This document shows, piece after piece, positions 41,731-51,612 of a stretch of DNA of 64,000 nt (its first letter is position 1; every line of letters starts with the position of its first letter). The notes beneath the pieces are model-generated. The model was given only the letters and a program-made list of their open reading frames with translations, made no database searches and was not told the DNA's origin. The DNA comes from an uncultured bacterium (lineage in GTDB: Bacteria; Eisenbacteria; RBG-16-71-46): the NCBI GenBank assembly GCA_964418975.1, contig CAYQNV010000068.1, forward strand, positions 3,254-67,253, read 5' to 3'. The position numbers were made by a program, and so were the translations under genes.

Positions 41731-42860
41731 GCCGCGCGCCTCGAGTGTGCATCTTCGCGGAGTTCCTCTACCCGGTGGTGAGCGGCGGGCGAGTGCCGTT
41801 CGCGGGCGGGATCGAGGTGCAACTGGCGCTGCTCGGCAGTGGGCTCGTCGGGCAGGGGTTCGATGTCTCGGTCGTGACCTGCGACTTCGGACAGCCCGAC
41901 GCGCTTGAAGTGAATGGCATGCGGCTCCTGCGTAGCTACCCGCCACGTGCCGGGCTCCCCGGGTTGCGGTTCTTCCACCCGCGGTTCACGAAGGGCATCG
42001 GCGCCCTGCGCCGCGCGGACGCCGATCTCTACATCGTCCAGGGAGCGGCGCTGTGGGCGGGAATCGTCTGCGACTTGTCGCACGCTCTCGGCCGGCGGTT
42101 TGTGTGGCTCGTGGGTCACGACCATGATGTCATGGCCGCGTTGCCCGACGTTTACGGCTGGCGAGATCGCACGTGGGTGCGACGAGCGATCCGCGGCGCC
42201 GACGCGATCGTCTCGCAGACCGCGCGACAGCGGCGCTTGCTGCTCGAGGCGTCCGGGCGCGACAGCGTCGTGATCCCAAACCCCGCCGATGTTCCGCCGG
42301 CCGAAGCTGTGGTGGACGCCGCGGGGCCGCCTTCCGTGGTGTGGCTCGCGACATACAAGCCCTCCAAGCGCCCCGAGTGGTTCACGCGCTTCGCCGAACG
42401 CCATCCCCACGTGCGCTGCCGCATGGCCGGCGTCATCCCAGTGCCACCGCTCACGCACGAATGTTGGGATGCGGCGCGCGAGGTGGACGCGCGCTGCGCC
42501 AACCTCGAGGTGTTGCCCACGATTCCGCACGAACAGGTCGGCGAGTTTCTGCAAGGCGCGACGCTGTTCGCGCACACCTCCCCGGCGGAGGGATTCCCCA
42601 ACGCGTTCCTCGAGGCGTGGGGATACGGCCTGCCGAGCGTGACCTGCTTCGACCCGGACGGCGTCATCGAGCGAGAGCGCTTCGGCGCCTGCCGAAATGA
42701 CTATGAGTCATGGGAGGCCGAGCTCGAGCGGCGGATCGCGGACCCCGCCCTACGCGTGGCCGAGGGCGCGCGGGCCCGAACCTACACCGAGAGGCATCAC
42801 GCGCCGGGCGTGATTCACGCACGGTTCGCGGAGATGCTGCGGCGTGCCCTGCGCGACTAG
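41727..42860 (+). CDS. GT4 glycosyltransferase
   Basis: Motifs GGIEVQL, VIPNP, KPSKRPE, EGFPNAFLEAWGYGLP. Confidence 0.88.
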   Translation: MSRAPRVCIFAEFLYPVVSGGRVPFAGGIEVQLALLGSGLVGQGFDVSVVTCDFGQPDALEVNGMRLLRSYPPRAGLPGLRFFHPRFTKGIGALRRADADLYIVQGAALWAGIVCDLSHALGRRFVWLVGHDHDVMAALPDVYGWRDRTWVRRAIRGADAIVSQTARQRRLLLEASGRDSVVIPNPADVPPAEAVVDAAGPPSVVWLATYKPSKRPEWFTRFAERHPHVRCRMAGVIPVPPLTHECWDAAREVDARCANLEVLPTIPHEQVGEFLQGATLFAHTSPAEGFPNAFLEAWGYGLPSVTCFDPDGVIERERFGACRNDYESWEAELERRIADPALRVAEGARARTYTERHHAPGVIHARFAEMLRRALRD

Positions 42861-43720
42861 AGCCAGCCTTCCTGTTCGAGGATCGCCCGCATCGTCGTCC
42901 ACTCGTATCGCTCGAACAGGTTCTCCAGCTTCGCCATGACCGTGTGCAGGTTCACGTACGTGATGAACCCGTTCACCGGGTCGAGCCGCAGCCGCCGCTC
43001 CTCGGGTGCGACCTCGCGCGGGTGCAGGTAGAGCACGAACGGCCGGTGGCGCAGGATGAAGTCCAGGCCCGTGCGGAAGATGGGTAGCGGCAGCGCGCGC
43101 AGGTAGAAGCCGCCGCCCAACGGCAGGCGCAGCCCCTGCAGTTCGGCGATCGCCACCGGGAACTCCACCAGCGGCCCTTCCGGGTCGTGCCGACGCAGGT
43201 CGGCGCGTGACGGTCGGTAGATCCCGACCGGCGCGCCCGGCGTGCCATAGAGCTTCACCTTCATCGGGAAGATGCTGCTGTCGTAGCGATAACCTTCCTC
43301 GCGCAGCACGTCGAGCGTCCATGGGTTCGAATGGTCGATGCTGAATGTCGGGGCGCGGAACCCGATGACCGGGAAGCCACCCAGCACGCTTTCGACCGTC
43401 GAGCGGAACTCGCTCAGCTCGGCGCGGAACGACTCGGGCGTGGTGCGCCACAGCGGCCGATGCGACATGCCGTGACAGGCCAGTTCGTGCCCTTCGTCCA
43501 CCATGCGGCGGATCAACGCCGGGTGTTCGCGCACCACGTCGCCGAGCACGAAGAACGTGCTGCGCCAGCCGTGCCGCGCGAGCAGGTCGAGGATCGCCTC
43601 GGTGCCGCGCCGCACGATGCTGGCGTTGGGCGGGGCATCCCCGGGGCGCTTGAGTTCGCTGTGGTGCCAGTCCTCGATGTCGAACGAGAATGCCGCGCGA
43701 TGCTGGAACGTCGGCTTCAT
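42857..43720 (-). CDS. Polysaccharide deacetylase, DUF3473 (XrtA/PEP-CTERM-locus-like) type
   Basis: Motifs FSFDIEDW, STFFVLG, GHELACHG, GFRAPTFS, YDSSIFP, GGGFYLR, YLHPREV. Confidence 0.88.
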   Translation of the reverse strand: MKPTFQHRAAFSFDIEDWHHSELKRPGDAPPNASIVRRGTEAILDLLARHGWRSTFFVLGDVVREHPALIRRMVDEGHELACHGMSHRPLWRTTPESFRAELSEFRSTVESVLGGFPVIGFRAPTFSIDHSNPWTLDVLREEGYRYDSSIFPMKVKLYGTPGAPVGIYRPSRADLRRHDPEGPLVEFPVAIAELQGLRLPLGGGFYLRALPLPIFRTGLDFILRHRPFVLYLHPREVAPEERRLRLDPVNGFITYVNLHTVMAKLENLFERYEWTTMRAILEQEGWL

Positions 43721-45756
43721 GGCTGCAACCGGTAAACGCGCGACCGGTCGGCGAGATAGACGCGTTCGAATCGCAGCGTGTCGGCGTCGAGTGCCGCCCA
43801 AGGCGATCGGTGCGGAAAGTCCGACATCCGGTAGAGCACGTACACCGGGGCGCCAAGCGAGTCGAGGTGAGCGACGTCGCCGGCCAAGTCGGCGACCGGA
43901 CCGTAGAGGTCGGCCATGACCGCGCGGCGTCGGGACAGCAGGTCTCGAGGGAGCGCGGGGCGCTCGGAGTCGTGCGGCGCTCCCGCCAGGAGTCGCCGGC
44001 GGCCTTCCACGAGCAGCACGTCACGCGAGCGATGGTCCAGGAACACGGCGCGCGCGGGAGTCTCCGAGCGCACCCAGGTGTAGAGCGCCGAATCGCCGGG
44101 CGCGCGATGAGTTTCGGCGGCGGTGGCGCCCGAGGGATCCGACAGGTAGCCGAACAGGAACAGCACCGTCGGAAGCACGAAGCACGCTCCCAGGAGCCCC
44201 ACGCCGAGCACCGGCCCGAGCCTCCGGCGCGCACCCGCGAACCATTCCGGGGCTCCAGCACCGCCGAGCACGGCGAGAGGCGCGAACAGCGCCCACACGA
44301 ACAGGCCCGGGCTCGAGCCCGGCAGTTGCACGACGAGTGCCAAGCACAGCATGCCGGTGGCGCATGCGGCGAGCCAGAGTCCGGCCAGTCGTCGCTCGTC
44401 GAACACGCGGCGGAGCCCCGGCAACGCGACGAGGGCGGCAAGGCCGCACGCCGTGAGCAGCGTCCACGGCATGCGCCAGCCGAGCGACAGGGAGGGAGTC
44501 GAGCGGCCGATGCGATCCAGCTCGCCGCCGGCGAAGATGGTGCGGAAGCCGGTCCATGCCAGCACCAGCCCCACGAGGAGTGCGCCCCCGAGCACCAATG
44601 CGCGGCGCGTCTCGCCCCATCCGGTGCGTCCGCCCGCGATCAAGGCCAGCAGCCCGCTCGCGGCCGCGCTCACGGCGATCGCGGCGAGCCCGAAGACGCG
44701 GTGGAAAAACGCGATGCCAGCGGCAGCGGCGACCACGACGAACAACCATCGCCACGCCGGCGGCGCTCCCGAAGACCCGCGCTCGCGCGTGTCCGTGAGC
44801 CAGCGCGATCCGGCCCAGAGCAGGACGAGCATCAACAGGCAAGCGTAGCCGCGCGGCGTTCCGAGCGTGAACAGGTCCCACGAGCTGACCGGCCAGGCGA
44901 ACGGGGCGGACAGGTTCTGCACCGCGTCCACCCGGTCCCAGCGCGCGGCGGCGAGCAGGCCCTCCGGCGCGGCGTCGCCGGCCCGGGCGCCCAGCGCACG
45001 GAGCGGCCACAACAGCAATGCCCCGGCGTTCAGTCCGGCAAGCAGCAGCGGGGGGACGGCGCACGCCGTGCCACGATCGCGCCACAGCGTCCACGCCAGC
45101 TGCCAGCCCAGCCAGACCTGTGCACCCATCCAGCAGGCGTTCGCGGTGGCCATCGTGGCGAACGGCGTCGGCTCGGAGCGGACGGCGCCGGCGAGCGCGA
45201 TGAACAGGTCGTAGAACCAGGCGTCGCCGATCGGGAATCCGGCGAAACGCGGGTCCTGGGGCGGTAGCCCACGCTCGGCGATCTCCCACACGCTGCCGGC
45301 GTGCAGCCACGAGTCGCCGCGCACGCGCAGCCACTCCGAGCCGAGGAGCGGAATCGCCACGACCGCCACGGCCGCAATCGCCCAGCCCCACACCTGTCGG
45401 TCCCCCGGCGCATCCTCCTCGGAGCGACCCGCGGAGACGAGCGATCGCGCCTCTCCGCCCGCGAACAGGACCCAGCCACCCATCGCCACGAGCCGCGCCG
45501 CGCTCTGCAGCGACTGCCCGGATTGGAGCAGCGCCCAGCCGACGACGGTCGTCGCGAGCGGGGCGAGCGCCACACCGAGTGTCCAACGCGTGGCGGTGGC
45601 GGCGCCGGGCAGGAACAGGCGCGTCAGCGCGAGTCCGGGGAACACGCCCAACCAGATGAAGCCAGTCACATCGCCCGCGGGGCCGGGCAACACCAACCCG
45701 GCCAGCCCGAGCCCGAAAGTCGCGGCCACGGCCCAGGCGCCGGGGGCGAGTCTCAC
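43717..45756 (-). CDS. Polytopic membrane protein, GT-C-like; paralogue of 36136-38679
   Basis: GTG 45756. RGDSWLH loop motif, many TM segments, C-terminal FERVYLADRSRVYRL. Confidence 0.55.
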   Translation of the reverse strand: MRLAPGAWAVAATFGLGLAGLVLPGPAGDVTGFIWLGVFPGLALTRLFLPGAATATRWTLGVALAPLATTVVGWALLQSGQSLQSAARLVAMGGWVLFAGGEARSLVSAGRSEEDAPGDRQVWGWAIAAVAVVAIPLLGSEWLRVRGDSWLHAGSVWEIAERGLPPQDPRFAGFPIGDAWFYDLFIALAGAVRSEPTPFATMATANACWMGAQVWLGWQLAWTLWRDRGTACAVPPLLLAGLNAGALLLWPLRALGARAGDAAPEGLLAAARWDRVDAVQNLSAPFAWPVSSWDLFTLGTPRGYACLLMLVLLWAGSRWLTDTRERGSSGAPPAWRWLFVVVAAAAGIAFFHRVFGLAAIAVSAAASGLLALIAGGRTGWGETRRALVLGGALLVGLVLAWTGFRTIFAGGELDRIGRSTPSLSLGWRMPWTLLTACGLAALVALPGLRRVFDERRLAGLWLAACATGMLCLALVVQLPGSSPGLFVWALFAPLAVLGGAGAPEWFAGARRRLGPVLGVGLLGACFVLPTVLFLFGYLSDPSGATAAETHRAPGDSALYTWVRSETPARAVFLDHRSRDVLLVEGRRRLLAGAPHDSERPALPRDLLSRRRAVMADLYGPVADLAGDVAHLDSLGAPVYVLYRMSDFPHRSPWAALDADTLRFERVYLADRSRVYRLQP

Positions 45757-46982
45757 GGGGCCGTCCGCTCGGGTCCGGGCTCGGGCTCCACGAGCAGGCG
45801 CGTGAGCCGCGGGAATGCGGCGGTCACGCCGACGGCCGCCAGCACCACCAGGTGGGGCACGACGGGGATACGGTAGCGGACCTGCGTGAAGAACAGCGCG
45901 TAAAACGCCGCGGTCGAGAGCACCACGCTGGCCAGCAACACCCGCCCTTCGCGCGGCGCGGCCCCGCGCAGCAACCCGAACACTGCCAGCAACAACAGGG
46001 GCGCGAACAGGAGCGCGCCCACCCACAGCACGAGCGGCCGGTTGAAGCGGTTCCTGGAGGTGACGCGGTCCGGGAGCGGCTGGAAGAAATGCAGCAGCTC
46101 GAACACGTAGTCGTGCACATAGGCCGCGGGCCGCGTGCGCAGCAGTCCCAGTTCACGCTCGACGAATCCCCGCATGGACAGCGGCGCGTACCCGGTCGCG
46201 GACGGGTTGCGGATCCAGCGCGGGCGAGAGATGAGCGTGTCGGTACGCGCGAAGTGCAGAACGGCTTGCGCCTTGCCCATGAACACGCGGTCGTTCCCGT
46301 GCTCTCGCAGGAATCGCAGGTAGGGCGCCGCGAGCGCCACCGTCGTGAGCCCGGCGACCGCCAGCGCGCGCACGAGCGGAACGCGGCGGCTGCGCACGGC
46401 CGCCAGCAGCCACACGCCGATCGCCAGCGACGGAGCCAGGATCACCATATCGGTGAGCCAGCCGAGCACCACCAGTGCGCCGAGCGCGAGACCGCGCAGA
46501 ACGCTGGGGCGTTCCGCCAGGCTCCACGCCACGAACGTCAGCGCGAACAGCAAGGTGGCATAGAGCAGCGTCGGATAGAGCAGGCCACTCACGAACACGA
46601 GCGTGGGGGTCAACGCCACAAGCGCCGCCGCGACGGTGGCAGCACTCGGTCCGCCCAGCCGGCCGGCGAATCTCACCACCAGCAGCATCTGCACGAGCGA
46701 CAGCCCCAACTGGAGGATGTGCGCCACCAGGTAGTTCTCTTCGCCCCCGATCCAGAACGAGAACGCCAGCAGCAGCGGATACGCGGGCGCGCGCGGGCTC
46801 GCTTCGCCAAAGCTCATGCCGTGCAGGATCTGGAGCGCCACTTGCTCGTACTCCGCGGTGTCACCGAAGGAGTACTGGTTGCCGAGCGACAACACGTGCG
46901 CGACGCGCACCAGCAAACCCAGCGCGAGCCAGCTGTTCGTCGCGAGCAGCACTCGCCTCCACCGGGGGCGAGCGTCGCTCAC
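45753..46982 (-). CDS. GT39/ArnT-PMT-like GT-C glycosyltransferase
   Basis: Motifs YSFGDTAEYEQ, PRAPAYPLLLA, multi-TM, QVRYRIPVVP. Confidence 0.7.
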   Translation of the reverse strand: MSDARPRWRRVLLATNSWLALGLLVRVAHVLSLGNQYSFGDTAEYEQVALQILHGMSFGEASPRAPAYPLLLAFSFWIGGEENYLVAHILQLGLSLVQMLLVVRFAGRLGGPSAATVAAALVALTPTLVFVSGLLYPTLLYATLLFALTFVAWSLAERPSVLRGLALGALVVLGWLTDMVILAPSLAIGVWLLAAVRSRRVPLVRALAVAGLTTVALAAPYLRFLREHGNDRVFMGKAQAVLHFARTDTLISRPRWIRNPSATGYAPLSMRGFVERELGLLRTRPAAYVHDYVFELLHFFQPLPDRVTSRNRFNRPLVLWVGALLFAPLLLLAVFGLLRGAAPREGRVLLASVVLSTAAFYALFFTQVRYRIPVVPHLVVLAAVGVTAAFPRLTRLLVEPEPGPERTAP

Positions 46983-47911
46983 GAGCGCCTCCCGACGGCC
47001 TGCGGCGTACCGGTCCCCAGCACGCTCGAGGCGATGAAGCCCAGCAGCGCCGGCAACAGCGTCATCACGCTGAACAGAAGCAAGGAGAACGCCGCACCCG
47101 TGGCGGCGCCCGAACCGAACTGGGCGAACACGGCCGCGCTCACTTGCTCGCGCAGGCCCAGGCCCCCGAGCGCGACCGGCAGGTTGCCAAGCAGCGGGAT
47201 GACGGGGAGTCCGAGCAGTAGTGCCGGCGAGGTCGCGGGAGCCAGATCCCGCAGCAGTAGCCACCCCACCAGGTACATGAACACGTAGAAGAACCCACCC
47301 CAGAGAAAGCTGGTGGCACTGACCCCGCCCTGGAGCAGGTTGCGCGAGTGATCGGCCCAGCGACCGAGCGGCCCGGAGAGCGACGGCACCAGGCGCGCCG
47401 CGGCGCGCTGCGTCGCCGGGCTTGCGAGCAGTGCGATGCCCGTCAGCGTGATCGCGACGAGCGCCAGGTAGGCCATGAACAACGGGCCCCGCCATGCAGG
47501 CACCAGCAGGAACGCCGGGACGCACAGCAGTTCGAGGATCAAGATGTCGGCCACCCGGTCCCACACCACGGACGGGAGCGTGGCCGAGCGCGGGGCGCTC
47601 ACGTGAAGGATGCGCGCGAACTCCCCGACCCGGCCGGGCGTGGCCAAACCGTAAAACGTGCCGACCAGCGTGAGCCGGTAGCTGGCCCGGGCCGAGAGCG
47701 TGATGCCGCAGCGCTCGAGCAGCAGCGACCAGCGCTTGGCCCTGCCCCAGTAGCCCACCAGTGCGAGCGCCACGCAGGCCACCACCGTGCCGAAGCGCAC
47801 GCGCGCGAGCGCGGCGCCGGCCTCGTGCAACGGCACCTGTCGCGCCAGCGCCACCAGCAACACCACCGACACCAGCAACTGCAGCAGGAACCCGAGCTGG
47901 CGACGGTTCAC
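46979..47911 (-). CDS. UPF0104 / LPG-synthase TM-domain flippase-like protein
   Basis: Motifs RAKRWSLLL, GTFYGLATPGRVGEFAR, WDRVAD, LPVALGGLGLRE. Confidence 0.85.
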   Translation of the reverse strand: MNRRQLGFLLQLLVSVVLLVALARQVPLHEAGAALARVRFGTVVACVALALVGYWGRAKRWSLLLERCGITLSARASYRLTLVGTFYGLATPGRVGEFARILHVSAPRSATLPSVVWDRVADILILELLCVPAFLLVPAWRGPLFMAYLALVAITLTGIALLASPATQRAAARLVPSLSGPLGRWADHSRNLLQGGVSATSFLWGGFFYVFMYLVGWLLLRDLAPATSPALLLGLPVIPLLGNLPVALGGLGLREQVSAAVFAQFGSGAATGAAFSLLLFSVMTLLPALLGFIASSVLGTGTPQAVGRRS

Positions 47912-47954
47912 GGTCGCCCGGGCCGTCGGGTGCGACGCGGTGGCGCGTCCGAGT

Positions 47955-48923
47955 TCACGGCCGATCCCTGCCCGGGCGCCCCGTTTCGAGCTGCTGCTTA
48001 CGCGTATTCACGACGACTTCCTCGAGCAGGCGGCGGTTCATGGCGGTGAGGTCGGCGAGCACGCCGAGCGATACGAACAGCGTCCCCATCACCGCCAGCA
48101 CGCCCGCGACCACGAGCGACTGCACGTGTCCCGTCTGCCCGGGCGTCGTGAAGTAGAGAAACAGGAAGCGGGCGAACAACGCCAGTGCGCCGGCCATGAA
48201 CAGCGCCGCGAGCGACAGGAAGAAGCGCAGCGGGCGATAGAGCAGGTAGACGCGCACCATGGTGCCAAGCGAGCGCGAGATGTAGGAGCCCATGCCGCGG
48301 AACAGCCGCGACTCGCGCAACTTGCCGTTCACGCGGATGGGCACGTGCGCGATAGTGATGTTCTTCTGGCTCGCCTGGATGAGCGTCTCGAGCGTGTAGG
48401 TGAAGCCGGTCAACACCGTGAGCCGCAGCGCGGCCTCGCGGCTGTACGCGCGAAACCCGGAGGTGGCGTCCGGCACGTCGGTGCTGGACAGCGCCCGCAC
48501 CACGCTGCTGCCCAGGCGCTGGAGCGCCTTCTTGAGCGGCGAGAAATGGGTGATGGAGTCGATCGGGCGGCTGCCCACCACCATGTCGGCGCGCCGAGCG
48601 AGAATGGGCTCGACCAGCTTCGCCACATCGGCGCCCACGTACTGGTTGTCGGCATCCGTGTTCACGATGACGTCGGCGCCCATGGCGAGTGCTTCGCGCA
48701 GGCCGGCATCGAACGCGTGCGCGAGCCCGCGGCGGGCGGTGAAACGCCGCACCCGATGCACGCCGTGCGCGCGCGCCACCTCGCTCGTGCGATCGCTGCT
48801 GCCGTCGTCGATGACCAACAGCTCGATGATGTCGATCCCGGGGAGGCTTTGCGGCAAGTCCGCGAGCGTCACCGGCAGCGACGCCTCCTCGTTCAGGCAC
48901 GGGATCTGGATGACGAGCTTCAT
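47955..48923 (-). CDS. GT2 glycosyltransferase with C-terminal TM helices (DPM/ArnC-like)
   Basis: Motifs IQIPCLNEE, IDDGSSD, NTDADNQY, DATSGFRAY, plus two C-terminal TM segments. Confidence 0.9.
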   Translation of the reverse strand: MKLVIQIPCLNEEASLPVTLADLPQSLPGIDIIELLVIDDGSSDRTSEVARAHGVHRVRRFTARRGLAHAFDAGLREALAMGADVIVNTDADNQYVGADVAKLVEPILARRADMVVGSRPIDSITHFSPLKKALQRLGSSVVRALSSTDVPDATSGFRAYSREAALRLTVLTGFTYTLETLIQASQKNITIAHVPIRVNGKLRESRLFRGMGSYISRSLGTMVRVYLLYRPLRFFLSLAALFMAGALALFARFLFLYFTTPGQTGHVQSLVVAGVLAVMGTLFVSLGVLADLTAMNRRLLEEVVVNTRKQQLETGRPGRDRP

Positions 48924-48987
48924 GGGTGGCCACGCTCCGGTGGGGGGGAACCGCGATGATGCCCGAGGGGGCGCGGGGCTGCCAGCC

Positions 48988-50913
48988 TCACGCGGCCCCC
49001 GCGACAACGCGCGGCGGCACGCGCCACGCTTTGGGCCGCACGCCGTCGCCGTCGACCCATGCCTGATGCCACAGCTCGAGCGTGAGCAGCGTCCACAGTT
49101 CGCGCGCGCGGTCGCGCCGGCCCGATAGGTGTTCGTCCACGGTGGCACGCACCGAGGCGGGATCGAACCAGCCCCGCTGCAGGCAGCGCCCGGCGAGCAG
49201 CGTGTCGGCGAGCAGCGTGCGCAACGGGCCCCGGAACCACGGCGACAGCGGCACGGTGAAGCCCACCTTGGGGCGATCCACCACCTCCACGGGCAGCAGC
49301 TTCCGCGCCAGGCGCTTGAGCAACACCTTGCCCTCGAGCCCGCGCACCTTGTGCTCGGGCCCGAGCCGCATCGCCCACTCGATAAGCGGCAGGTCCAGCA
49401 GCGGCACGCGCGCTTCGATCGAGGCCGCCATGCTCATCTTGTCCATCTTCACCAGCAGGTCGTCGGCGAGCCACACACGCAGGTCCACGTCCAGCATGCG
49501 GTCCAGTCCGGAACGGGCGGGCGAGTCGGCGAGGGCGGCGCGGAACGGCTCCACGCCGGCCGCCGCATGTGCGCGCAGGCTCGGCGCGAGCAAGCGCTCG
49601 CGCTCCTCGCCGACGAAGCCCGCGAACCAGGCCGCCAGGCGCTCGGGTTCGTCGCGGAACCGCGCGCTGCGTCCCACCACTTGCAGCTTGCGAAACGCGA
49701 ACGGCAGCCGGTCCACCACGCCGGACAGGAACGCGTCACGCAGCGGCCCCGGCAGCGTCGCGAGTCGGCGCGCCCACGGCTCCACGGCGTACTTGGGATA
49801 GCCCGCGAACAACTCGTCGCCGCCCTCGCCCGTCAACACCACGGTCACCGTCTCGCGCGCGAGGCGCGACACCATGTAGGTGGGGATCGCGGCGGGCTCG
49901 CTCAGCGGTTCGTCCTGATGCCACACCAGCGAGGGCAGTTCGCGAAGCAGGTCCTCAGGCCCCACGGTGATCTCGCGATGATCGGTGTGGCAGTGCTCCG
50001 CCACGCGGCGCGCGAACGGCAGCTCGCTGTAGGGACCGGGGGCGTCGAAGCCCACCGAGAACGTCTGCACCGGTCGCTCGGAGAGCCGGCTCATGAGCGC
50101 CACGATCAGGCTCGAGTCCACGCCGCCCGAGAGCAGGGCCCCGAGCGGCACTTCGCTCATGAGATGGCTTTGCACCGACTCGGTGAGTCGCCGTTCCACC
50201 TCGGCCAACGCGTCGTCCGGTGACAGCGCCTGCTTGGGCTCGTATTCGGCGCGCCACCAGCGCTCGAGCTTTGCCTCGCCGCCCTCGAGCGTGAGCGAGT
50301 GGCCTGCCGGCAGCTTGTGGATGCCGGCGAACAGCGTGCGCGGCGCGGCGGCGTAGCGAAGCGTGAGGTGCTGAACGACGGCGTCGGGGTCGGCGCGGCG
50401 TTCCACCCCCGGGAACGCGAACAGGGCCTTCACCTCGGAGGCGCACACGAACGCCCCTTGGGCGCGCGTCCAGTAGAGCGGCTTGATGCCGACGTGGTCA
50501 CGGGCCACGAACAGCCGCCGGCGCGGACGATCCCAGAGCGCGAAGGCGAACATGCCGTGCAGCCGGCGCACGAACGCCGGCCCCCATTCCTCGTAGGCGT
50601 GCACCAGCGTCTCCGTGTCGCTGCGCGTGCGGTAGCGGTGCCCGGCGCGCTCCAACTCGGCGCGCAGTTCCGTGTGGTTGTAGATCTCGCCGTTGAACGC
50701 GATCCACACCGTGCCGTCTTCGTTCGCGAGTGGCTGGTGTCCGGTGGCCACGTCGACGATGGACAGCCTCCGGAACGCCAGCCCGGCGCCAGGCTCGGCG
50801 AGCACGCCCTCGTCGTCCGGGCCGCGATGGCGCAGCAAGCTTGCGGCGGCCTCGAGCCACGCCCGGTCCGGCGTGCGTCCCTCAGGATGGTGGTAGGCCG
50901 CGAACCCGCACAT
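48988..50913 (-). CDS. asnB: Second asparagine synthase-like amidotransferase
   Basis: MCG start, HRGPDD, FRRLSI, FNGEIYN, LSGGVDSS, TGEGGDE, SIEARVPLLD, KVGFTVP. Confidence 0.93.
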   Translation of the reverse strand: MCGFAAYHHPEGRTPDRAWLEAAASLLRHRGPDDEGVLAEPGAGLAFRRLSIVDVATGHQPLANEDGTVWIAFNGEIYNHTELRAELERAGHRYRTRSDTETLVHAYEEWGPAFVRRLHGMFAFALWDRPRRRLFVARDHVGIKPLYWTRAQGAFVCASEVKALFAFPGVERRADPDAVVQHLTLRYAAAPRTLFAGIHKLPAGHSLTLEGGEAKLERWWRAEYEPKQALSPDDALAEVERRLTESVQSHLMSEVPLGALLSGGVDSSLIVALMSRLSERPVQTFSVGFDAPGPYSELPFARRVAEHCHTDHREITVGPEDLLRELPSLVWHQDEPLSEPAAIPTYMVSRLARETVTVVLTGEGGDELFAGYPKYAVEPWARRLATLPGPLRDAFLSGVVDRLPFAFRKLQVVGRSARFRDEPERLAAWFAGFVGEERERLLAPSLRAHAAAGVEPFRAALADSPARSGLDRMLDVDLRVWLADDLLVKMDKMSMAASIEARVPLLDLPLIEWAMRLGPEHKVRGLEGKVLLKRLARKLLPVEVVDRPKVGFTVPLSPWFRGPLRTLLADTLLAGRCLQRGWFDPASVRATVDEHLSGRRDRARELWTLLTLELWHQAWVDGDGVRPKAWRVPPRVVAGAA

Positions 50914-50937
50914 GGCGAACCGTCCCTGCCGTGGCGG

Positions 50938-51612
50938 TTAGAGGAGCCCGAGGCGCTTCTGGAACAGGAACGTCAGGTTCAGCCAGCCGTCGCGCCACTT
51001 CTGGAGCTTCACCTCGCCGATCCGCGCGCCGTAGGGGATGTGCACCTCCCCGAAGCGGAAGCCGCGCAGGATCGCCTCGAGCTTGATCTCCTGGCTGAAC
51101 GGCATGCCGTCCGACGTCACGCGCAACCGGTCGAGGATCGAGCGCTTGAACACCCACATGCCGGACTGGCTGTCGCGGATGGGCTTGAAAAACAACACCA
51201 TCGCGGTCACGGTGAGCACCCAGTTGCCCAACTGGTTCGTGAGGCCCATGGCCTTGGGGTCCGCGAGCGGGAAACGACAGGCGGACAGGAAGTCCCAGTT
51301 TCTGGCCACCAGCGTGTCCACCAGCCCCGGAATTGCCTCGGGCGGGTAGGTGCCGTCGCCATCCAGCGTCACGATGACGTCGCCGGTCGCGGCCTTGAGC
51401 CCGGCCTTGTAGGCCGCGCCATAGCCCGGGCGCTTCTCGCTCACCACCACCGCGCCGAGCGAGCGCGCCACTTCCGCGGTTTGATCGGTGCAGTTGTTGT
51501 CCACGACGACAATCTCGTCGATCTCCTTGGGGCAGCGCCCGATGACCTCTCGGACGCCGTCCTCTTCGTTGTAGCAGGGAATGACGAGGCTAAGCTTCAA
51601 GTTCTGGCGCAT
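50938..51612 (-). CDS. GT2 glycosyltransferase (DPM synthase-like)
   Basis: Motifs VIPCYNEE, VVDNNCTD, GYGAAYKAG, LDGDGTYP, DSQSGMW, RIGEVKL. Confidence 0.9.
   Translation of the reverse strand: MRQNLKLSLVIPCYNEEDGVREVIGRCPKEIDEIVVVDNNCTDQTAEVARSLGAVVVSEKRPGYGAAYKAGLKAATGDVIVTLDGDGTYPPEAIPGLVDTLVARNWDFLSACRFPLADPKAMGLTNQLGNWVLTVTAMVLFFKPIRDSQSGMWVFKRSILDRLRVTSDGMPFSQEIKLEAILRGFRFGEVHIPYGARIGEVKLQKWRDGWLNLTFLFQKRLGLL

Noticed and set aside
45260-45267. GGCGGTAG, resembling the RfaH ops element
   Set aside because: It is inside a CDS, on the strand opposite to that gene's transcript, and not in a leader.
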